This document shows positions 57,574-64,000 of a stretch of 64,000 bases of DNA, one piece after another. This DNA comes from an uncultured Candidatus Saccharibacteria bacterium (lineage in GTDB: Bacteria > Patescibacteriota > Minisyncoccia > UBA6257 > 2-01-FULL-56-20). The notes under the pieces are model-generated. The model saw only the letters and a list, made by a program, of their open reading frames with translations, made no database searches and was not told the DNA's origin. Every line of letters starts with the position of its first letter. Position 1 is the first letter of the stretch. Location of the stretch: the NCBI GenBank assembly GCA_964365185.1, contig CAYIOP010000003.1, positions 40,828 through 104,827 on the forward strand, in the 5' to 3' direction. The position numbers and the translations under genes are program-made.

Positions 57574-58701
57574 TTAATTAAGTCGTTCAAATTTTAACTT
57601 CAATATCCTACGCAAAGATTCGTCGATTCTTTTTTCGTTAATTTTATTTTCTAAAACCGCCTGGCGCACTGCCTCCACTATCCCTTTATGCTTCGAGATA
57701 GTAAGCGTACTGATAATCATATCAGCCCCGGCATTAATAGCTTGAATGACTAATTGGCCAATCGGCAAATCGCCAGTTGATGCCATCTCTAAATCATCAG
57801 TGATAATCACGCCTTCATATTTTAATTGACCCCTTAATATCTCAATAAGAAAAACTGGTGAAAGCGTTGCTGGGACGTCATCGATTTCCTTAACCACAAC
57901 GTGCGCCGTCATCAGAACTTCCGGATGGGCCTGCCCAATAACATACTGAAAAGGAACAAGCCACTTTTCAAATTCATCGCCACCAGAAGAAACCGCAAAA
58001 TTCGTATGTGGATCTAATGTTCCGTTGCCATACCCCGGAAAATGTTTAGGCACCGCAATAATATCCGCCTCTCGGTAACCTTCAATCATGGCTTGGCCTA
58101 ACTTGCCAATAAGCTCGGGGGTTGCCTCAAAAACACGTTTGGATTTGAATAAATAGGCCTGAGGATTATTAACATAATCAATCACGGGCGAAAAATTCAT
58201 GTTAATGCCGAGCTCACGGAGTTCCTCGCCTCGCCTTTTAGCAATTCGCCGGGCTTCCTCAATGCTTTTTATCTCCATCTGAGGCGTCAGCTCACTTAGA
58301 AATTTAAACCGAACATAATCACCTCCTTCTTGATCGGTCGCAATAAATAAGGGAATTTCTGAATGTAATTTTAAATCACTAATCATTTTTATCACTCCTT
58401 CTCTATCGTTAACATTCCGAGCCAAAAGATTTACGCCTCCAACCCCGTAAACATCGATCATCTCTTTTATATGGTCATCAAAGTAAGGGTTTTTAAAACC
58501 AACAACCATCATCTGGCCGATTTTTTTCTCAAGCGGCAGAGTTTTAATGATTAACTCGATTTTATCCGTGTAATCTTGTTGAGATGATACTTTTTCAGGT
58601 GACGCAAAATAAATTTCTGCCTGTTGCGTACTACCTAAAGCAAAAATTAGGGCAATTATCGATGCCCCTAACACAGCTAAAAACGCAACCTTGCTTTTCA
58701 T
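57574..58701 (-). CDS. nagZ: beta-N-acetylhexosaminidase (GH3, NagZ-like)
   Basis: GH3 N-terminal-domain motifs KHFPGYGNGTLDPH and …ITDDLEM…. I placed the start at Met8 (ATG 58701), which overlaps the folD stop in an ATGA junction; the track ORF extends to 58722. Confidence 0.7.
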   Translation of the reverse strand: MKSKVAFLAVLGASIIALIFALGSTQQAEIYFASPEKVSSQQDYTDKIELIIKTLPLEKKIGQMMVVGFKNPYFDDHIKEMIDVYGVGGVNLLARNVNDREGVIKMISDLKLHSEIPLFIATDQEGGDYVRFKFLSELTPQMEIKSIEEARRIAKRRGEELRELGINMNFSPVIDYVNNPQAYLFKSKRVFEATPELIGKLGQAMIEGYREADIIAVPKHFPGYGNGTLDPHTNFAVSSGGDEFEKWLVPFQYVIGQAHPEVLMTAHVVVKEIDDVPATLSPVFLIEILRGQLKYEGVIITDDLEMASTGDLPIGQLVIQAINAGADMIISTLTISKHKGIVEAVRQAVLENKINEKRIDESLRRILKLKFERLN

Positions 58702-59528
58702 AAATCCGAATTCAACTTCCAAAAATTTTCGTAGAGCTTAGCCACTAGTATCGGCCCGGTGCCGCCCGGCGTTGGCGTGTAACTAATATTTCTATCCTCC
58801 TCGCCATCGGGATCAAAATCCCCATAAATTTTATTGCCTTCCCGGCTATAACCAAAATCCACCACCAGCGCTCCTTCCTTAATGTCCTTAGCCGAAAAAA
58901 TTCCAGCCACCCCCGTTCCGCTCACCACCACATCCGCATCCTTAAGTCGCGCCGGAATACCTTTCACCGTACTGTCAAAAACAGTTAATTCTCCCACCCG
59001 GTTCTGCAACCAAAACCCCAGCGGTTTGCCAATTAAAAATCCCGCTCCAATCAAAACCACTTTCAAATCCCTTAGCGATTTGCGATTTGCGATTTGCAAA
59101 TTAAGTATTTCCTCGAGCGCCTCCACGGCCGGCGGCGCCACCTCGCCTCGTCCGGTATAAAACGCGCCCAGCGCTTTTTCGCTCAAACAATCCACGTCTT
59201 TTTCTTTTGGAATCGCGTTTAAAACATAATGTTTATTGATTGATTCCGGCAAAGGTAGTTGCACCAAAAACCCGCCGCAATTTTTCGGCCGTGTGAGCAT
59301 CCCAATCTCCGCCCGCAAATCATCCGTGGTCACTCCCTCCGGCGCCCGGTGCAGCCGAAAACTAATTCCCAATTCCTCCGCCACTCGCTTTTTTTGGTTC
59401 AAAAAATTCTCCGATGCCAAATCATCTCCCACCAGCATCGCTCCCATAAACTTCCCCTGCCATTCCTCTTGGTGTTCCTTAAGTTTTTCAATTATCCCCA
59501 CCGCAATTTTTTTCCCGTCAATAATCAT
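58698..59528 (-). CDS. folD: bifunctional methylenetetrahydrofolate dehydrogenase/cyclohydrolase FolD
   Basis: Collinear with FolD (…VVLIGAGFLIGKPLG…). Contains an in-frame (GATTTGC)x3 insert at 59077-59097 encoding …QIANRKS…. Confidence 0.85.
   Translation of the reverse strand: MIIDGKKIAVGIIEKLKEHQEEWQGKFMGAMLVGDDLASENFLNQKKRVAEELGISFRLHRAPEGVTTDDLRAEIGMLTRPKNCGGFLVQLPLPESINKHYVLNAIPKEKDVDCLSEKALGAFYTGRGEVAPPAVEALEEILNLQIANRKSLRDLKVVLIGAGFLIGKPLGFWLQNRVGELTVFDSTVKGIPARLKDADVVVSGTGVAGIFSAKDIKEGALVVDFGYSREGNKIYGDFDPDGEEDRNISYTPTPGGTGPILVAKLYENFWKLNSDL
59077..59097. repeat. tandem heptamer (GATTTGC)x3 inside folD
   Basis: Three perfect 7-nt units; the same unit is present four times inside glyA at 61045-61072. 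Confidence 0.8.
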
Positions 59529-59534
59529 AAAGTC

Positions 59535-59684
59535 CTATTTTAGAGGTCGAACAATTATTGATCTTTTATCTTTAGAAACATAAACTTTCACTTTATCTCC
59601 TATTTTAATTTCTAATTCATCGAGAAATTCTTGGGGAATTATCAATCCTGCCAAAGAACCAATTTTTATAATCTCCTGAATCAT
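59535..59684 (-). CDS. small AbrB/MazE-like (SpoVT/AbrB swapped-hairpin) DNA-binding protein
   Basis: 49-aa ORF below the track cutoff: MIQEIIKIGSLAGLIIPQEFLDELEIKIGDKVKVYVSKDKRSIIVRPLK. It ends 6 nt upstream of folD. Confidence 0.4.
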   Translation of the reverse strand: MIQEIIKIGSLAGLIIPQEFLDELEIKIGDKVKVYVSKDKRSIIVRPLK

Positions 59685-59694
59685 TACAATAAAT

Positions 59695-60006
59695 CTAAAG
59701 CTTATAACGCTTAATGTAAACCCAATCCCAAAATAATTGGGATATCAATCCTATCCCTAAAAATAAAACCGGCCGGAAAAATAACATCACTCCCGCCACC
59801 ACTAAAACTATCTTCCAGTTCCTGTGGATCGGATGAACCTTAAAAGGATTCCGCCTCGGGTGATAAATCGGCCGAGTTGCCAAATGATCTAAATCCATCA
59901 GTCCAGCCGACAAAATCAAAACCAAATCTGCCGGTGTTGTTTCAATCAAATTCCCGCTCAAAAAATAAATCGCCGTATCCGACAAAACATGAATCGGAAT
60001 AATCAT
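59695..60006 (-). CDS. hypothetical membrane protein
   Basis: 103 aa with two or three hydrophobic segments. Confidence 0.35.
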   Translation of the reverse strand: MIIPIHVLSDTAIYFLSGNLIETTPADLVLILSAGLMDLDHLATRPIYHPRRNPFKVHPIHRNWKIVLVVAGVMLFFRPVLFLGIGLISQLFWDWVYIKRYKL

Positions 60007-60011
60007 CTCTT

Positions 60012-60434
60012 TTAAGGATGTTTTTTAGGTAACAAAAATACACCACAACCCGTCCATACTTCACCCCAACCATAACCCACTACTGAAGTTGCCCACGACC
60101 CAAATTCTTCACATTCTTTACGCGACTTAATATCTTGATAAAACAAATAATAGCCACCATTATCAGGACAAACATCTCCAAAACAAAAATAATTTTCAAC
60201 TACGGCCTTTCCCTGAAAAATACCTGCTGATTTAGGATACTCTCCGATCTTACTAAAATCTCTTTTTTGATTTAAATTCTGAAGTTCTTCCAAAATATCT
60301 TGAACATCATCACGACTCAAATCTTTTAATTCTCCATCTTCTTTATTATTTTTATTAATAAAAAATAAAGAAAACAAAACTACCAATAAAATAGAAATAG
60401 AAATAGAAAACAAAATTAATTTATTAATATTCAT
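60012..60434 (-). CDS. hypothetical secreted protein (Cys-containing)
   Basis: Signal peptide/transmembrane N-terminus; the C-terminal region has CFGDVCP…C…C. Confidence 0.35.
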   Translation of the reverse strand: MNINKLILFSISISILLVVLFSLFFINKNNKEDGELKDLSRDDVQDILEELQNLNQKRDFSKIGEYPKSAGIFQGKAVVENYFCFGDVCPDNGGYYLFYQDIKSRKECEEFGSWATSVVGYGWGEVWTGCGVFLLPKKHP

Positions 60435-60535
60435 AAATTATCAATACTCAAGCGGAAATTTCTCGCAAAGTTTTTTTATCCTCCTAAGTTTCGTAAGACG
60501 AAATTTTGGAGGGTAAACCTCTCGCGTACAAAAAG

Positions 60536-61801
60536 CTAATAATTTAGTGGGAATTTTAGGCATAATTCTTTTGCTTTTTGTAAAACCTCTTTCCCATCCA
60601 CCAATACTTCTTTTATCATTCGCGCCACCTCTTTCATCTCTGCCTCTTTCATTCCTCGCGTAGTTAAAGCCGGCGTACCCATTCGAATTCCCGACGGGTC
60701 CATCGGACTTCGCGAATCATAAGGAATCGTATTTTTATTCACAATGATTCCGTTTTTCTCCAATTTATCGCTCGCTTCTTTCCCACCGATTCCATGATTA
60801 GTTAAATCCACCAAAAGCAAATGCGTGTCTGTCCCGCCCGCCACAATTCTAAAACCATAATTTTTAAGTTCCTCCGCCAATGTTTGGGCATTCAAAACAA
60901 TCTGGCTTGCGTATTCCTTAAAATCCAGCTGCACCGCTTCTTCCATCGCCACCGCAATTGCCGCAATCTGATTCGCATGCGGCCCACCCTGCAACCCCGG
61001 AAATATCGCTTTATCAATCGCCTTAACAATATCCACGCCCGCGCGATTTGCGATTTGCGATTTGCGATTTGCGAAAATCACCCCCGCCCTCGGTCCCCTA
61101 AGTGTCTTATGAGCTGTTGCCATCACTACATCCGCATATTTAAACGGAGTCGGATAAACTCCTCCTGCAATGAGTCCCGCAAAATGCGACATATCTACCA
61201 TTAAATATGCGCCCACCTCATCACAAATCTCCCGAAACTTTTTAAAATCCACGATTCGCGGGTAGGCCGTGTATCCGGCCACAATAATTTTCGGTTTATG
61301 TTCTTTGACCAACTCACGAATCGCATCATAATCCAAAAGTTCTGTTTCTTTGTTTAAAGTGTATGACACCGACTTCCACGCCTTAGAAGTAAAACTCACC
61401 TTGTGTCCGTGCGTTAAATGCCCGCCCATATCAAGCTGTAGTCCCATAATCGTCTCGCCCAAAGACACGAGCGCCACGTAAATCGCCAAGTTCGCCGGTG
61501 ACCCCGAGTATGGCTGGACATTCACTCCCCATTCATCAGAAGATAAACCAAATGCCTTAAGCGACCGCTCTTTTGCTAAATTTTCAAGCTGGTCCACAAA
61601 TTCATTCCCGCCATAATATCTCATCGCCGAATACCCTTCGGCATATTTATTGGTAAAAACCGACCCCAAGGCCTCTAAAACATCCCGCGAAACAAAATTC
61701 TCTGACGGTATAAGATTGATCGTCTCATTCTGCCGCCTCGTTTCCTTTTTAATTAATTCCTCAACAATTTTGTCGTTCATTAAAACATTTCCAACATTCA
61801 A
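60536..61801 (-). CDS. glyA: serine hydroxymethyltransferase
   Basis: PLP-lysine region TAHKTLRGPRAG and overall SHMT collinearity. An in-frame (GATTTGC)x4 insert at 61045-61072 encodes …ANRKSQIANR…. Confidence 0.9.
   Translation of the reverse strand: MNVGNVLMNDKIVEELIKKETRRQNETINLIPSENFVSRDVLEALGSVFTNKYAEGYSAMRYYGGNEFVDQLENLAKERSLKAFGLSSDEWGVNVQPYSGSPANLAIYVALVSLGETIMGLQLDMGGHLTHGHKVSFTSKAWKSVSYTLNKETELLDYDAIRELVKEHKPKIIVAGYTAYPRIVDFKKFREICDEVGAYLMVDMSHFAGLIAGGVYPTPFKYADVVMATAHKTLRGPRAGVIFANRKSQIANRAGVDIVKAIDKAIFPGLQGGPHANQIAAIAVAMEEAVQLDFKEYASQIVLNAQTLAEELKNYGFRIVAGGTDTHLLLVDLTNHGIGGKEASDKLEKNGIIVNKNTIPYDSRSPMDPSGIRMGTPALTTRGMKEAEMKEVARMIKEVLVDGKEVLQKAKELCLKFPLNY
61045..61072. repeat. tandem heptamer (GATTTGC)x4 inside glyA
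   Basis: Four perfect units; the same motif occurs in folD (59077-59097). Confidence 0.8.
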
Positions 61802-61846
61802 TCACTCCGACCATTAACTTATTTTATCTCACATTCCATCGAAAAT

Positions 61847-62194
61847 TTATTTCTCATTTAACTTATCAAAAATACCCTGAATTAAAGGTTTCAAGGGTGG
61901 AATTTCCTCAGAAGCCACCTTCCAGACGATTTCCTCATCAACGCCAAAGTATTCGTGAACTAGCTTATTTCTCATGCCAGCAATATTCCTCCAAGGAATG
62001 TTGCTGTAGCTATTTTTGATATCGTCGGGAATTTTTGTAGCCGCCTCGCCGATAATTTCCAAACTTCTCACAACGGCATTGATAGTTTTCTTGTCTTTTT
62101 CAAAATTCTTAAAGTTTATTCCTTCAATAAAATCAGCTATGTCGCGAATGGAATCCAAAATGTCCTGAATATAATCGAGGTAATCTCTTTTCAT
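61847..62194 (-). CDS. hepT: HepT-family (DUF86) toxin, nucleotidyltransferase-substrate-binding/HEPN-like
   Basis: C-terminal Rx4HxY motif (RNKLVHEY), ~115 aa, start overlapping the upstream MNT gene by 4 nt. Confidence 0.7.
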   Translation of the reverse strand: MKRDYLDYIQDILDSIRDIADFIEGINFKNFEKDKKTINAVVRSLEIIGEAATKIPDDIKNSYSNIPWRNIAGMRNKLVHEYFGVDEEIVWKVASEEIPPLKPLIQGIFDKLNEK

Positions 62195-62526
62195 ACCTTA
62201 ACCAAATCCTGAAGTATCCGTTTCCCGATTCTGGGCTTAAGAGCTCTTCTAGTAACTAAATCAACTTTTGTTCCCAGCAAATCAGATAAATATCTCTCAA
62301 GTTCAATAAATTTTAACAAGCCGATCGATTCTTTAAAATCCACTAGAATATCAACGTCGCTTTTCCGACTTTGCTTATTCCTCGCATAAGAACCAAAAAC
62401 CGCTAACTCTCCGATTACCACACCAAATCTTCTTTCTACCTCCTTTTTATTTTGAGATAAAATATTTTTAATTTCTTCTAAATTTTTCATCACTTTTATA
62501 TTAATATCAACTGACTCAAAAATCAA
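62191..62526 (-). CDS. mntA: MNT-family nucleotidyltransferase antitoxin
   Basis: FGSYARNKQSRKSDVDILVDF is a minimal nucleotidyltransferase GS…DxD motif; classic HepT/MNT pairing. Confidence 0.7.
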   Translation of the reverse strand: MIFESVDINIKVMKNLEEIKNILSQNKKEVERRFGVVIGELAVFGSYARNKQSRKSDVDILVDFKESIGLLKFIELERYLSDLLGTKVDLVTRRALKPRIGKRILQDLVKV

Positions 62527-62912
62527 TCACCGTCTCATTCTGCCGCCTCGTCTCCGCCTTAATTAAATTTTCTACTTCTTTGTCTCTTATTAAAATATAA
62601 TACCCACAAAAAAGATATTCGCCAAGTAATCCCAATGCCTAGATAAAGCTTGCAAAAAATATAACACTTAAAATTCCCAAAAGTTTACAACAATCAAAAC
62701 TCGCCCTATACTTAACCTCGATGATTCTCTCCGATAAAGACATTAAAAAAGCGATTAAGGATGGTTTAATCGTCATTGACCCCCTCTTCCCGAAAGCCAT
62801 AGCCACCGTGTATCGCATGATTTCGAAATTATTATAACAAATAAAATTTATAAAAAAGGACCCTTGGTTTGCTTATGCAAACCAAGGGTCAAAGTGTCCA
62901 AGGGACTCAGAG

Positions 62913-63617
62913 TCAGACTTGCGCCGGAGCCGGAGTTTCCGAGGATTCGAGAACAGAATTGCGAGAGAACACCCGGCCACCACCGCTCCACCAGCCCGGA
63001 CCCTCGACAGAACTAGCATCAACGAGCCAGCCGTCACCGCCCCAGGACACGCCGACCGCACGAAGCGCACCGTTTTGGTCCTTGATGTAGAAGATGTTGG
63101 CGTAGCCGTTGGTCAAAAGAACGCCAGCTTCACCGTTAGCTTGCTTTTCCATCAAGGAAAACATTTCGGTGAGGATAGTTTCAGATTTTTCTTCTCCGCC
63201 CAGCTCGGCGATAATCGGACCATCGATCGAGGCCTGCTTCAGTGTGTGATAACGCAGAACCTGTTCGGCAATCCGGTCTTCGATTTTTCCGTCTCCCTTC
63301 AGGAACCAGTCAGTGAAGTTGTCGCCAAGATAGCTGATCTTAACCTTGGCTTTTCGACCAGTGTCACGAACAAACTTCTCTTTGGCGACAAATTTCGAAA
63401 TCGTGGGCGGTACGACGATAGTCGAGACGAGCTCGAGAATAGAGAGCTTTAGTTCCGTAACTTCTGCCCCACGATTTTGAACCGCAGTCACAAAAAGATT
63501 AATCGCTGCCACTGTGTTTTGGATAACCCATTGGGCGTCATCCGTAGGAAGTGGTCCAAACGCCGCCTGATGCTCAACTAGAGCTCCGGCAAGTTTCGGG
63601 ATCTGTTGTTCGGTCAT
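62913..63617 (-). CDS. hypothetical protein encoded in a GC-rich (~55%) segment, likely horizontally acquired
   Basis: 234-aa ORF in a region whose base composition differs sharply from the rest of the window (~35% GC); there are Gly/Trp-rich motifs near the C-terminus. I regard the overlapping antisense ORFs as composition artefacts. Confidence 0.45.
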   Translation of the reverse strand: MTEQQIPKLAGALVEHQAAFGPLPTDDAQWVIQNTVAAINLFVTAVQNRGAEVTELKLSILELVSTIVVPPTISKFVAKEKFVRDTGRKAKVKISYLGDNFTDWFLKGDGKIEDRIAEQVLRYHTLKQASIDGPIIAELGGEEKSETILTEMFSLMEKQANGEAGVLLTNGYANIFYIKDQNGALRAVGVSWGGDGWLVDASSVEGPGWWSGGGRVFSRNSVLESSETPAPAQV

Positions 63618-64000
63618 AATTTTCTCCTTCTTTTGACCGTTTTTACAAAAACACTGTTGGACTTAGCCGTATTGGTTTCGCCACAGCCCGGAACGGCTTT
63701 TACTAAAAGCAATTCTGGGCTATAGCGAAATCTCGCAATTATCAATTTTCTATTTTAATTATACCACACAAAATCCAATTTCGTCAATACCTCAAAAATC
63801 CTTATTTTACCGCCTTCGTCGCCCCCCCACCTTCCAAGGGGAAACTGATTTTTCTGAAACCAGAAGCGAAAGGTAAACTAAAACCTAACCCATTTTCATT
63901 AAATCGTTCGAACAAGTCCCGCCTTATCGGGACGATCCGACATTCATGCATTTCTCGCGATATCCTATTGGCTAAACCCTAGTGGCTAATTAACTAATCC

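Noticed and set aside
62869-63452. Overlapping plus- and minus-strand ORFs (73, 65 and 177 aa) in the GC-rich segment
   Set aside because: High GC suppresses stop codons in all frames. Only the 234-aa minus-strand ORF spans the whole segment with a sensible start.

Overview
This looks like a low-GC (~35%), gene-dense chromosomal segment from a small-genome bacterium, consistent with a CPR/Patescibacteria-like organism. Most genes are housekeeping and lie on the minus strand. Recognisable content, in order: a type IV pilus gene cluster (pilin-like genes, PilC, PilB, a major pilin) with DprA nearby; RluA; a frameshifted Nudix gene; tRNA-Ile and tRNA-Val; topA; a short RelA/SpoT homolog; parAB; tRNA-Leu(CAA); rpsR-nusG-secE; gyrB; an O-antigen-ligase/TPR membrane protein; a 1140-aa surface protein; clpB; htrA; a phosphohexomutase; ftsK; a RodZ-like protein; recA; rpsO, a NYN-domain gene and pnp; an XerC/D-type recombinase next to tRNA-Leu(TAG); gyrA; an S1-domain protein; a tRNA-Phe/Pro/Val cluster; nagZ; folD; glyA; and a HepT/MNT toxin-antitoxin pair. 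Features that stand out: (i) two homologous GC-rich structured elements that appear co-transcribed with tRNAs, one of them bounded by a direct repeat of the tRNA-Pro 3' end; (ii) an 870-bp ORF-free, strand-asymmetric region upstream of recA; (iii) a cluster of three paralogous signal-peptide/two-helix (VirB2/TrbC-like) proteins, one fused to an M15 peptidase domain; (iv) several repeat families (a REP-like ~50-bp element, GGAGG-rich palindromes, 7-bp tandem arrays, and identical in-frame heptamer insertions in folD and glyA); (v) a HepT/MNT cassette flanked by a duplicated glyA 5' fragment; (vi) a GC-rich ORF at the window end that looks foreign. No CRISPR array or rRNA gene was seen.
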